From an uncultured Myxococcales bacterium (GTDB lineage Bacteria > Desulfobacterota > Binatia > UBA1149 > JAJCZL01), in the NCBI GenBank assembly GCA_964553415.1, contig CAZKLE010000001.1:1-40201 (forward strand): a stretch of DNA of 40,201 bases, given 5' to 3'. Shown here piece after piece: positions 24,577-34,123 of this stretch. Position 1 is the first letter of the stretch. Every line of letters starts with the position of its first letter. The notes below the pieces were generated by a model. That model ran no database searches and had not been told where the DNA came from. It saw nothing but the letters and a program-made list of their open reading frames with translations. Both the position numbers and the translations under genes were made by a program.

Positions 24577-24588
24577 GCTCCGGCGGTA

Positions 24589-25476
24589 TCAGCCGGGGTT
24601 TCGGGCCTCGGCGTGGGTGTCCCGCCGGGCCGTGGCTGCCCGCTTGTTCAGCGACCAGTCGTAGCTGTTGAACTCGATCCGTGGGCCGGTTTTGGCCGCC
24701 GATATGCGTTGAAGGGTTTTGGCGTCCATGTAGGGCCGGAGGAACTTGACCAGCGATCCGCGTTTCTCGAAGTCTTCGCGGAACCAACGGAAGATCTCAG
24801 ACAGATACAATATATTGGAGGCGCTGTCGTAGTGGTTCTTGGAGGGATCGGTCACGAATCTGCGTGCTGCCGAGCTGAGTTGCCGGTCGAGGCCGGCGGC
24901 CGTGTAGGCGTGGCTGCTCAGGGTCGGACAACTGGTGGAAGCGCAAACGATCGTGAAATGGACCCGTGGGTCGTGAAAATCCTTACGGAGAATTTCATCT
25001 TCGATGTCGTTCAGGGACAGTTTGCGCCGTACGGGCTTGCCGGGAAACAGATTTCCGAGCGGGATGAATTGTTCGACAAAGGGCCCCCCCAACGGTCGTT
25101 TCCAAAGCGGGGTTACATTCCAGATGCTGGCTACGGGATAGTGGTCGACGATGAGCCGAATTGTGAATGCGTTGTAGGCATTGATCCAGAATGCCAAGCG
25201 GGTCTTTTCGGAGGCCGCGTAGAATTCGGGTCGGCGCGTTTGGGCGAGGGCCTCGAGATAGCTTTGCAATTCGGAAGGGTCCCGCTTGAGGGCGTCGTAG
25301 TCGACGCGGCCGGCCTGGACGTGTTTTTGCAGGAAGCTCTCCCACTGCGAATGATCGGGTACGGCCGCATGTGCTGAGCCGGTTGGCAGCAGCGCCGGGC
25401 TTAGCGCGACGGCGACAAGGGTAGAAAGGATCGTTGCTTTGCAGCAACGAATGTGGGGGAATCTCGAATCGTTCAC
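24589..25476 (-). CDS. DUF547 domain-containing secreted protein
   Basis: GTG 25476 is preceded by AGGAG. The signal-like N-terminus is ATILSTLVAVALSPALLPTGSAHA. DUF547 motifs are AFWINAYNAFTIRLIV and FTIVCASTSCPTL. Confidence 0.75.
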   Translation of the reverse strand: MNDSRFPHIRCCKATILSTLVAVALSPALLPTGSAHAAVPDHSQWESFLQKHVQAGRVDYDALKRDPSELQSYLEALAQTRRPEFYAASEKTRLAFWINAYNAFTIRLIVDHYPVASIWNVTPLWKRPLGGPFVEQFIPLGNLFPGKPVRRKLSLNDIEDEILRKDFHDPRVHFTIVCASTSCPTLSSHAYTAAGLDRQLSSAARRFVTDPSKNHYDSASNILYLSEIFRWFREDFEKRGSLVKFLRPYMDAKTLQRISAAKTGPRIEFNSYDWSLNKRAATARRDTHAEARNPG

Positions 25477-25934
25477 GGATACTCCTGGGATGGCCCGATG
25501 GTCTAGGGAATGCGTGCGGCCGGCGGCTGTGCTCGGTTTGCGACTGCACCTGCACATACGCAAGCTCCGCACGTTGGTTACGAGTTCCGTCGCCGTGAGT
25601 TCTTGAGTCTAACACAAAAAAAATATCAGGCGCAGAACTGCGTATCCGCGTTTGTAAATCGAGCCTTCGATCGCCTGCTCTCCGCTGAATGCGATTCAAC
25701 ACGGAGGGTTTTTGTCCGTACATGCCCGGCGTTGTCCGACGCGGGGTTTGCTGAACGGAGTTCAACGAAAACGGCCGCAAGAGATACGTGCGCCATGACA
25801 CCGACAAAGGCATGCAAGGTATGTACGAATAAGGCTTGACGATTCTTCGTCGGATCGCATACAGAGGTCGTAGCAACAGAATCATTGGAGTCCTTGAACT
25901 GTGGCGAAGCGTGATTAGGTTTGGAGGTAGCAGC

Positions 25935-26426
25935 ATGAAGATCAACGAAGTGGAAAATGCCTCCGCAAAACCGGAACGCGAGGGATCGTATGTGTTCTGG
26001 CAGCGGCTGAAAGAGTTCTTCGGGTTATCGGGTCCGGGCCCGGTAGAGCACGCGGCGGTATCTGCCCCAATGTCAGAGGGGCATGCTGACGATCAAGCGG
26101 AACTCGAGGAGGCGGAGAAGCTCGATGCCCGAGGGTTCGCCCTCAGCCCGCATATCCAGGAATTGTGGAAGCAGATTTTTGCGCTGATCGACGTTCCTGC
26201 TTCCGCTCCCGGCGAGTTTCCCGGTCTATTCAGGGTTACGCCGGGCATGCGTGCCGGCGAGGCGATGGTTCATATCGACGTCCCGAGCGAACAGTACATG
26301 GATGGAGAGCCGCCGAGAATGCAACGGATCGTCACGCTGACGGTGAAGATGGACCACGACTATCGGAGGCTCGGGGGCGAATACTACTGCATCGATTGTG
26401 TCCCCACCAACGAGACGCGTCACTAA
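25935..26426 (+). CDS. Hypothetical protein
   Basis: ATG 25935 follows GGAGG. A 163-aa ORF with no recognisable family and a C-terminal YYCIDCVP. Confidence 0.45.
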   Translation: MKINEVENASAKPEREGSYVFWQRLKEFFGLSGPGPVEHAAVSAPMSEGHADDQAELEEAEKLDARGFALSPHIQELWKQIFALIDVPASAPGEFPGLFRVTPGMRAGEAMVHIDVPSEQYMDGEPPRMQRIVTLTVKMDHDYRRLGGEYYCIDCVPTNETRH

Positions 26427-26535
26427 CACGCGGGCTTGCCGGAAGGCTCCCGCGTATCCAGCCCGGGCTCATCGCCCCCTCTGTGAGCCCGGGCGTCTCT
26501 TTGTGTGTTGGGTCGCCCTCGCGTAGGGGTGACGC

Positions 26536-27894
26536 ATGAGCCGATTCGATTACGACCTTCTTGTCATGGGTGCGGGTAGCGGGGGCCTGGCCGGTTCGAA
26601 GCGTGCGGCGTCCTACGGCGCGCGCGTAGCGATCGCGGAGGGCGACCGTGTCGGCGGCACCTGTGTCATCCGTGGCTGCATTCCCAAGAAACTGATGGTC
26701 TATGCGGCGCACTTCGCCGACTCATTCGAGTACGCGCGCGGTTACGGATGGAATGTCGACGTGCGCGGGCACGACTGGCCGGCATTGGTCGCCGCCCGTA
26801 ACCGCACAGTCGCCGATCTCGAGGTTGCTCATAAAAGGCACTTAGCGGACGCAGGAGTAGAGCTTATCGAAGGTCGTGCGATGTTCGAGCAGCCGCATAG
26901 GATCCGTATCGGTGAGCGAACGATCAGCGCGGAGCGGGTTCTGGTTGCCACCGGCAGTACCCCGGTTGTGCCGAAGCTGGAGGGCGGCGAGTTGGCGTCG
27001 ACCAGCGATGATCTCTTTCTTCGTAGCCAACACCCGCGCAGGGTGGTTCTGGTCGGCGGTGGATATATTGCCGTCGAGTTCGCGTCAATTCTTTGCGGTC
27101 TTGGCTGCGACGTTATCTTGGTGGTGCGTCGTGATCTGCCGCTGCGGGGTTTCGACATGGATCTGCGCCGCGAGTTGCTTGTAGGTTTGCGTGCCCACGG
27201 GGTCACCGTGCTCGCCGAGAGTGTGGTGGGTTCGATCGCGCGCGGCGGTGATGGGCTGACGTTGACCGTCGAGGGTCCCTCGGGAGAGAGCCGGCGCGAA
27301 GCCGACGAAGTCGTCCTCTACGCGATCGGTCGGCGTCCCAACAGCGAAGGGCTCGGGCTCGAAGCGATCGGCCTCCGGCTCGGCCCGCACGGCGAGATAC
27401 CGACGGATGAGGATGGTCATACATCGGTTGCCGACGTCTTTGCGGTGGGCGATGTCACCGGTCGTTCTCCGCTGACGCCGGTGGCGATTCAAGCCGCACG
27501 AGCCTGGGCCGACCGTACGTTCGGCGCGAAACCCACGCGCATGAGTTACGACGGCATCCCGACGGCAGTGTTCTCGTCTCCGCCGATCGGAACGGTCGGT
27601 CTCACGGAGGCGGAAGCCATCGAACGCTACGGCGAAGCGGACATACGCGTTTATAAGAGTCGCTTTTCCCCCTTGTTGCACAACCTGACCGATCGTAAGG
27701 TTGCGACACTCGTGAAGCTGATCGTGAGGGTTCGCGACGATCGTGTTCTCGGTGCCCATATGATCGGCGGCGACGCGCCGGAGATCATTCAAGGATTTGC
27801 GGTGGCGCTGAAAGCCGGCGCCACCAAGGCCGACTTCGATGTCACGGTCGGCATCCACCCTTCGACCGCCGAAGAGTTCGTTACGTTGAGTTGA
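26536..27894 (+). CDS. gor: Glutathione-disulfide reductase
   Basis: FAD motif LLVMGAGSGG. Redox-active disulfide GGTCVIRGCIPKK. C-terminal HPSTAEEF. Confidence 0.85.
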   Translation: MSRFDYDLLVMGAGSGGLAGSKRAASYGARVAIAEGDRVGGTCVIRGCIPKKLMVYAAHFADSFEYARGYGWNVDVRGHDWPALVAARNRTVADLEVAHKRHLADAGVELIEGRAMFEQPHRIRIGERTISAERVLVATGSTPVVPKLEGGELASTSDDLFLRSQHPRRVVLVGGGYIAVEFASILCGLGCDVILVVRRDLPLRGFDMDLRRELLVGLRAHGVTVLAESVVGSIARGGDGLTLTVEGPSGESRREADEVVLYAIGRRPNSEGLGLEAIGLRLGPHGEIPTDEDGHTSVADVFAVGDVTGRSPLTPVAIQAARAWADRTFGAKPTRMSYDGIPTAVFSSPPIGTVGLTEAEAIERYGEADIRVYKSRFSPLLHNLTDRKVATLVKLIVRVRDDRVLGAHMIGGDAPEIIQGFAVALKAGATKADFDVTVGIHPSTAEEFVTLS

Positions 27895-27928
27895 CGCTCG
27901 GCTCGAGGATCCGGGTCGTTCGGGTCGT

Positions 27929-28312
27929 TCAATGAAGGGTGCGCGGCATGGTGAGTTCAAACTTGGGGATCTCCGCCTGAAAACTCGTTCCGTCGCTGCG
28001 GACCATCGTGTAGGTCCCGTGCATGGCTCCCAGCGGGGAGCCGAGAATTGCTCCGCTCGTGTAGCGATGCGAGCTCCCCGGCGGGATCAAGGGCTGCTCC
28101 CCGACGACACCCGGGCCCTCGACTTCGCGGTGACCGGCCTCGCCATCCGAGATGTGCCAGTGCCGTGACAGCAATTGTACCGCGACGTCGGACTCGTTGT
28201 TTATCGTCACTTGGTAGGCGAAGGCGTAGCGGTCGTGGATGGGATCCGACTGCTCAGGCAGATAGGCCGGGCGCACTTCGACACGGATCTTTTCGGTCAC
28301 AGCGCAGTACAT
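27929..28312 (-). CDS. apaG: ApaG (DUF525) protein
   Basis: The 127-aa product is MYCAVTEKIRVEVRPAYLPEQSDP...GVVGEQPLIPPGSSHRYTSG. The longer listed ORF is an antisense extension. Confidence 0.8.
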   Translation of the reverse strand: MYCAVTEKIRVEVRPAYLPEQSDPIHDRYAFAYQVTINNESDVAVQLLSRHWHISDGEAGHREVEGPGVVGEQPLIPPGSSHRYTSGAILGSPLGAMHGTYTMVRSDGTSFQAEIPKFELTMPRTLH

Positions 28313-28402
28313 GAAGCGGATACAAGCGGAAAAACGAGGAAAGTTCCAACTTCGTCCGTCGCCCCGCTTTCCACAGTCCGCCGCGCGTGAAAGGCTGCAG
28401 AG

Positions 28403-30559
28403 ATGATGACCCACCATCGCACCTGCCACCTCTGTGAGGCCAATTGCGGCCTGCTGATCGACGTTGAGGACGATTGTATCACGGCCATCCGCGGGGACGC
28501 TGACGACCCGCTGTCGTGTGGATACCTTTGCCCGAAAGCCTACGGGCTCAAGGATTCGCACGAAGACCCCGATCGCATCGTGCGTCCGATGATCAAGCGA
28601 GACGGAGATTGGACCGAGACCTCGTGGAACGAGGCCCTTGCATTCGCGGCCGAAGGGATCCACCGGGTGCAGTCCGAGAACGGGCCCGATTCGGTGGCGA
28701 CCTACCTCGGTAATCCGACGGCGCACCATTTGCCGGCGATTCTCGGGGGATCGGCGTTTATCAAGGCGTTGGGCTCGCGAACGCGCTTCAGCGCTTCGTC
28801 GGTCGATCAGTTCCCGCGCATGCTGGCCGCTTACCTCGTCTATGGGGCGCAGCTCGCGATACCGGTGCCCGATCTCGAACGAACCAAACATTTGGTGATC
28901 CTTGGCGCCAATCCCTTGGTCTCCAACGGTAGCTTGATGACGGCGCCGGGGATGAAAAGGCGTCTGCGCGAGATTCGCGAGCGCGGAGGCAAAGTCGTCG
29001 TTATCGACCCGCGGCGCACGGAGACGGCCAAGGCCGCCGATGAGCATGTGTTCATTCGTCCGGGAACCGATGCGCTCTTCTTGCTCGCGGTCGTGCACAC
29101 CATTTTCGACGAGGACCTGGTCGACCTGGGGGCGTGCGAAGGGCATGTCGACAATATTGACCACCTCCGCGACATGTCGCGGGATTTCACGCCCGAGAGA
29201 GTAAGCGATGCGACGGCGATTCCCGCCGAGGTCATCCGCCGTATGACACGGGAATTCGCCGGGGCCGAATCGGCGGCGTTTTATTCGAGGATCGGCACCT
29301 GTGTCCAGGCCTACGGCACTCTTGCGAGTTATCTCGTCGACGTTGTCAATATCATGACCGGCCGCCTGGATCGCCCGGGCGGCATGATGTTTCCACAACC
29401 GGCCCTTCCGCTGTCCTCGAAAGGGCACTACGGAAAATGGTCTTCGCGAGTTCGCGGTATCCCGGAATTCGGCGGTGAACTGCCTGTGGTCGCACTGGCC
29501 GAGGAGATCGAGACGCCCGGTGAGGGGCAAATTCGGGCCCTGTTCACGATGGCCGGCAATCCGGTACTCTCGTGTCCCAACGGGCGACGTCTGGACCGAG
29601 CGTTTGCGGATCTTGACTTCATGGTCTCGGTCGACCCCGCGCTCAACGAAACGACCCGTCACGCCGATGTGATTTTGCCGTCACGACGGCCGTTGGAGAA
29701 TGCCAACTACAGTGCCATTCTTCTGCAGCTCGCCGTGCGCGATACCGGCAAATTTTCTCCGGCGGTGTTTCCCACGAGCCCCGATAGCAAAAGTGAATGG
29801 AATATCCTGGCCGATTTGACCCGCAAGTTGGTCGATCTGCGGGAGGCCGCCGGCCAGAATGACCTGGCTGCACGTGCCAGGGCGATTGCCGATGGTTTCT
29901 TCTCGGCCGACCTGCAAACAATCCTCGATTCTTTGGTCAGCTCGGGACCTTACAACATCAGTTTGCAGGACCTGGTCGATCATCCTTCAGGTATGGATTT
30001 CGGTTCGCTGAAGCAGGGGAGGTTGAGTAAGGCGGTGCAACACGAAGACGGCAACGTCAAGTTGCAACATCCGCAGATCAGTCAGGAGATTTCCATTCTG
30101 CGAGCCGATCTCGAAGCCGGTCAATTGCGCGGTGTTCGTCTCGTCGACGTCCGTGAGGAACCCGAAGAGTTTTTGTTGGTGGGGCGTCGGCAATTGCGTT
30201 CCAACAACTCCTGGATGCACAACTGTCCGACCCTCATCAAGGGCCCCGATCGTTGTACTCTGCTGATGCACGACGCCGACGGCCGCCGACTCGGACTCCG
30301 TGCCGGCCAAGAGGTCCGCGTTACGAGCAGAGTGGGAGAGGTGCGGGTCCCTGTCCAATTGACCGCCGATATGATGCCCGGAGTGGTGAGTTTGCCGCAC
30401 GGTTTCGGGCACGGAAGGCCCGGAATTCGCGCCCGTCTGGCGTCTGAGCATGCCGGTGTCTCCATGAACGACCTCACCGACGACGCGGCCTGCGAAGGAC
30501 TCATGGGGAACGCTGTATTGACCGGCGTTCCGGTCCGCGTAAGCGCCCGTGCCGACTGA
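28403..30559 (+). CDS. Molybdopterin (bis-MGD) oxidoreductase family protein
   Basis: The N-terminal 4Fe-4S Mo/W-type Cys motif is CHLCEANCGL...CGYLCPKA. The protein is 718 aa, with a C-terminal molydopterin dinucleotide-binding-like barrel. Confidence 0.8.
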   Translation: MMTHHRTCHLCEANCGLLIDVEDDCITAIRGDADDPLSCGYLCPKAYGLKDSHEDPDRIVRPMIKRDGDWTETSWNEALAFAAEGIHRVQSENGPDSVATYLGNPTAHHLPAILGGSAFIKALGSRTRFSASSVDQFPRMLAAYLVYGAQLAIPVPDLERTKHLVILGANPLVSNGSLMTAPGMKRRLREIRERGGKVVVIDPRRTETAKAADEHVFIRPGTDALFLLAVVHTIFDEDLVDLGACEGHVDNIDHLRDMSRDFTPERVSDATAIPAEVIRRMTREFAGAESAAFYSRIGTCVQAYGTLASYLVDVVNIMTGRLDRPGGMMFPQPALPLSSKGHYGKWSSRVRGIPEFGGELPVVALAEEIETPGEGQIRALFTMAGNPVLSCPNGRRLDRAFADLDFMVSVDPALNETTRHADVILPSRRPLENANYSAILLQLAVRDTGKFSPAVFPTSPDSKSEWNILADLTRKLVDLREAAGQNDLAARARAIADGFFSADLQTILDSLVSSGPYNISLQDLVDHPSGMDFGSLKQGRLSKAVQHEDGNVKLQHPQISQEISILRADLEAGQLRGVRLVDVREEPEEFLLVGRRQLRSNNSWMHNCPTLIKGPDRCTLLMHDADGRRLGLRAGQEVRVTSRVGEVRVPVQLTADMMPGVVSLPHGFGHGRPGIRARLASEHAGVSMNDLTDDAACEGLMGNAVLTGVPVRVSARAD

Positions 30560-30585
30560 GAAATCGAAACGTGCGACGAACTTTC

Positions 30586-30615
30586 TTGACAGTTGCTCGA
30601 ATTCGGGCGTACGCT
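30586..30615 (+). promoter_or_regulatory. Promoter-like element TTGACA - 18 nt - TACGCT in a convergent intergenic region
   Basis: The hexamers were read directly at 30586-30591 and 30610-30615. No downstream CDS. Confidence 0.2.
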
Positions 30616-30712
30616 GCTGTCATGGGCGCGGGTGTCGAGACGTTTCGATGCCGGCGCGCGTAAATAGACCGTCCTACTGAGGCGGCCAGGCTTGCCGGAC
30701 GACCCGGCTTGG

Positions 30713-30746
30713 AACTGGGGGTGAGGTAAAAATCTCGTCCCCAGTT
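30713..30746 (+). terminator. Hairpin AACTGGGG-N18-CCCCAGTT followed by TTTCATTTCAT
   Basis: A perfect 8-bp stem with a T-rich tail on the plus strand. It abuts the patatin stop codon and may act in both directions. Confidence 0.45.
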
Positions 30747-31994
30747 TCATTTCATCAGTAGCTCGACGATTTCGTCTTCGTTCTCGGCGGCGTCCCGACG
30801 GCCGAGAGCCACCAGCTCGGCGGTGTATTCCTTCTCGAAGAACAAGTAAGAAAGAAGGTCGGCCTCGTCCTCGGGTACGCCGACGGTAGCCGCACGCATG
30901 AACCAGGAGGCCATGATGCCACGGGCGCTGCCTCGTGTCTTGTAGCGCCGGTAGGCTCGTGCAGCGACCCGTCCGAGATCCTCACTGGGTTTTACGACGA
31001 CGGTGTCGACCGGCTTGAAATCGGCACCGCGCTTCTCGCGTACGATCGAGTTGATGTTCGAAGTAAACTCGGGGCCGTAGGCGGCGACCCCCGTTTCCAG
31101 CAGCCCGTTGATCAAATCGAGTCGCTGCAATTCGTATTCGATTTGGTCGAGTAACAGTACGTCGAGCAATTTACCCACGAGGAAGGCGGGTTGCGTGATC
31201 GTCTCTTGGCTCGGCCGCCCATCAAGGTCTCCCGTCGTGCGAGAGTGCTTCAAACTTATGACCAACACCTTGTTGGCGCCTAGTCGCAACGCCGGTGACA
31301 GCGGCGTGTTCAGTCTCAGGCCTCCGTCATAGTAGAAGGATTTCCGGATGCGAACGGCCGGAAACAAGAAAGGAATTGCCGCCGAAGCACGGACGTGGCA
31401 GGCGGTGATGTCGGTTTTTACGGCACCGACAAATGGGTCGTACTGCCACGGTGTGGTATCGGCCAGTTTGCCGTCGACGAAGACCGTGATCTCTCCGTTT
31501 TCGACGTCAGCGCAGGCGATACACAGAGCGCTCTGCCGATGTTGGTCGAGGTTGGCGCGTAGCTCTTTCCATGGAATCTCGCGGTCGACCAATTCTTCCA
31601 GGGGGCTGATGTCGACCAGACCGCCGAGGGTTTCGATCCTGGTCCGGTCGCGGGTCTTGCGCGAGAGGATGTTGGCGCCGAGGAGCCGGAGGGGGACGGC
31701 AAAGAAGTCGCCGGCACGCAGCCGCAGGACGTTGCCGAGTGTCATCTGTTCCCAGATGGCGCTCAGGCGCGCGGCGCGTTCGGAGCTCTCGAGCCCCGCC
31801 GTGGCGGCGAGATAGGCTGCGTGGATCGCGCCCACCGAGGTGCCGCTGAAGATATCGAACTCGAATCCAGGCGGCAGCTTCGGGTAGACCTTTTCGAACA
31901 GGTAGGCGAGAACGCCCGCTTCGTAAGCGCCGCGGGCGCCGCCGCCCGACAGCACGACGGCGGTTCTCTTGGGATAGCCGTTGCTTGCGCTCAT
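30747..31994 (-). CDS. Patatin-like phospholipase family protein
   Basis: Oxyanion motif SGGGARG, nucleophile GTSVG and catalytic Asp YYDGGL. ATG 31994 is preferred over the upstream TTG at 32024. Confidence 0.85.
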   Translation of the reverse strand: MSASNGYPKRTAVVLSGGGARGAYEAGVLAYLFEKVYPKLPPGFEFDIFSGTSVGAIHAAYLAATAGLESSERAARLSAIWEQMTLGNVLRLRAGDFFAVPLRLLGANILSRKTRDRTRIETLGGLVDISPLEELVDREIPWKELRANLDQHRQSALCIACADVENGEITVFVDGKLADTTPWQYDPFVGAVKTDITACHVRASAAIPFLFPAVRIRKSFYYDGGLRLNTPLSPALRLGANKVLVISLKHSRTTGDLDGRPSQETITQPAFLVGKLLDVLLLDQIEYELQRLDLINGLLETGVAAYGPEFTSNINSIVREKRGADFKPVDTVVVKPSEDLGRVAARAYRRYKTRGSARGIMASWFMRAATVGVPEDEADLLSYLFFEKEYTAELVALGRRDAAENEDEIVELLMK

Positions 31995-32134
31995 GTTCCG
32001 GGATCGGTCTCCGCGAGGGGACAACGATCATTATACATGGGCGAGGGGAAGGTGCGCGATACGGGGGCTCCTCCGACAGGCACACCCGGGGTTTGCAGAG
32101 CCAGGGATGCAAACCTACAAGGATGGGTTGCCGT

Positions 32135-34090
32135 ATGTCTCTCGTGGTCATAGAGGATCTTTCCATCTCGTTTGGCGCTCGTTCGATCGTCGACGGGCTC
32201 AGCCTGCGCATCGGCGAAGCCGACCGCATCGGCCTGATTGGTAGAAACGGTTCGGGAAAATCGACGCTGCTGAGGGTGATCGCCGGCACCGGTGAAGCGG
32301 ACGCCGGTAGCGTGCGGACCTCGCGCGGGCTTCGCATAGGCTATTTGGCCCAGGAGCTGGTGGTCGCAGGCGGCGTCGGCCTGCTCGACAAGGTCCTCTC
32401 GAGCGTGCCGGGGCGGGCCGAGCTTGAAGCTTCGTTGGCGGCGACCGAGGGCGAACTCGACAGCGCCGAAGACGATGCTGCACAGATGGCCTCGGCGCAG
32501 CGGCTTGCCGACCTACACGAAGAGCTTTTGCATTTTGACACACATTTTTCTGAGCACGAGGCGGCCAGGATCCTTTCGGGTCTCGGTTTCAAGGCCAACG
32601 ATTTCGGCCGCCGGATCGAAGAGTTCAGCGGGGGTTGGAAGATGCGCGCCGAGTTGGCATCGCTTTTATTCCAACAGCCCGATCTTCTCATGCTCGACGA
32701 GCCGACCAACCATCTCGACGTCCCGTCGGTGGCGTGGCTCAATGGGTTCTTGCAGCGCTTTCACGGCGCGACGGTGCTGATCTGCCACGACCGAGAGTTT
32801 CTCAACCGACACGTAAATCGCATCGTTGCCTACGAGCCCGAGGGAGTGCGTCAGTACAGTGGCGACTACGAGACCTACAAGAAGGCGCGTGCCGAAGAGG
32901 TCGACATCCTCGTCCGTCGGGCGAAAAACCTGGCACGCGAGCGTGAGCAAGCCGAACGCTTTATCCGGCGGTTCCGCGCGCAGGCGACCAAAGCCCGCGC
33001 GGTGCAAAGTCGAATCAAGCAATTGGAAAAAATGGACAAGGCGACGGTTCTCGAGCAAGAAAGCTCGCTGCACTTCCGTTTTCGGCCCTGCAATCGAGCT
33101 GGAACGACCGTACTTACGCTCGCTGGTATCGGTCATCGCTATGGTGAGCTTCGTGTGCTCGATGACGTCACTCTCGCCGTGCGCCGGGGCGAACGCATCG
33201 CGATCGTCGGCGCGAACGGCGCCGGCAAATCAACCCTGCTCAAGATCATGGGGGAAAAACTCACTCCCGCCGAGGGAAAGGTGACGGTCGGTTACAACTC
33301 TAGGGTAGGGTACTACGCGCAGCACGTTGCCGATGATTTGCCGCTGGGCTCCTCTATCCTCGACGAAGTCTGGCGCAGCAGCAAGATCGACGACGTATCT
33401 CAAACGCGGAGCGTACTGGGCACGTTCTTCTTCAGCGGCGACGACGTCGACAAGGTCATCGGCGTTCTCAGCGGCGGTGAGAAGGCAAGGGTGGCGCTGG
33501 CCAAGCTCATCGTCAACCCCGGCAATGTCATGCTGATGGACGAACCTACCAATCATCTGGACCTCGAGTCTTCCGAGGCCTTGGCGGAGGCCCTGGCCAC
33601 GTTCGACGGCACTTTGGTGTTCGTGAGCCACAATCAGAGTTTCGTCAACCGTTTAGCGACGCGTATTTGGAATGTGCACGACAATCGGGTGGAGGAATAT
33701 TTCGGCAATCTGGCCGAATATATGGCGCACTGCGAAGAGTTGGCGGGGGGCACCGAAGCCGACGTTGTGGAGAGCACCGTGGACGGCGTTCATCGAACGG
33801 ATGGCAAAGCTCAGCGCCCCGAGCGAGCGAAAAAGGGGAATCGGCCTCGTGCGGAAGCCGCACGCATCAACCCGGTCGTAGCAAAACGAAAGATCGCCGA
33901 GTATGAGGCCAGAATTGGAGAGTTGGAGAAGATGCAAGCCGAACGCAGCCGCGAGCTTTCGCAACCGCAAACCTACGCGGATCAGTCTCGCTACCACGAT
34001 ATTTTATCGTCCTATACCCGCGACCAGCGAAAGCTTGAAGAACTGATGGCACGTTGGGAACGCGCTTGCGCCGGCATCGGGTCGATATGA
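32135..34090 (+). CDS. ABC-F family ATPase (two ABC cassettes, no TM domain)
   Basis: Walker A motifs are GRNGSGKST and GANGAGKST. Signature motifs are FSGGWKMR and LSGGEKAR. A C-terminal coiled-coil tail follows. The start is ATG 32135 (MSLVVIEDLSISFG). Confidence 0.85.
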   Translation: MSLVVIEDLSISFGARSIVDGLSLRIGEADRIGLIGRNGSGKSTLLRVIAGTGEADAGSVRTSRGLRIGYLAQELVVAGGVGLLDKVLSSVPGRAELEASLAATEGELDSAEDDAAQMASAQRLADLHEELLHFDTHFSEHEAARILSGLGFKANDFGRRIEEFSGGWKMRAELASLLFQQPDLLMLDEPTNHLDVPSVAWLNGFLQRFHGATVLICHDREFLNRHVNRIVAYEPEGVRQYSGDYETYKKARAEEVDILVRRAKNLAREREQAERFIRRFRAQATKARAVQSRIKQLEKMDKATVLEQESSLHFRFRPCNRAGTTVLTLAGIGHRYGELRVLDDVTLAVRRGERIAIVGANGAGKSTLLKIMGEKLTPAEGKVTVGYNSRVGYYAQHVADDLPLGSSILDEVWRSSKIDDVSQTRSVLGTFFFSGDDVDKVIGVLSGGEKARVALAKLIVNPGNVMLMDEPTNHLDLESSEALAEALATFDGTLVFVSHNQSFVNRLATRIWNVHDNRVEEYFGNLAEYMAHCEELAGGTEADVVESTVDGVHRTDGKAQRPERAKKGNRPRAEAARINPVVAKRKIAEYEARIGELEKMQAERSRELSQPQTYADQSRYHDILSSYTRDQRKLEELMARWERACAGIGSI

Positions 34091-34123
34091 TAGGTGGATC
34101 CGGTGATCCAGGTGCTACTACGT

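Noticed and set aside
24152-24588. Possible tRNA, tmRNA or RNase P RNA in the long spacer
   Set aside because: I looked on both strands for T-loop (GGTTCGAATCC-like), tmRNA tag and RNase P (GAGGAAAGTCC) signatures and found none.
28313-29662. Upstream 450 codons of the listed 577-aa minus-strand ORF
   Set aside because: Only the last 127 codons (ApaG) are convincing. The rest is antisense to the molybdopterin oxidoreductase gene and has no features.
30747-31994. Patatin-like phospholipase as a CBASS/CapV-type defence effector
   Set aside because: No cyclase (CD-NTase), Cap or other defence genes are adjacent. The gene appears monocistronic between a convergent oxidoreductase and a divergent ABC-F gene.
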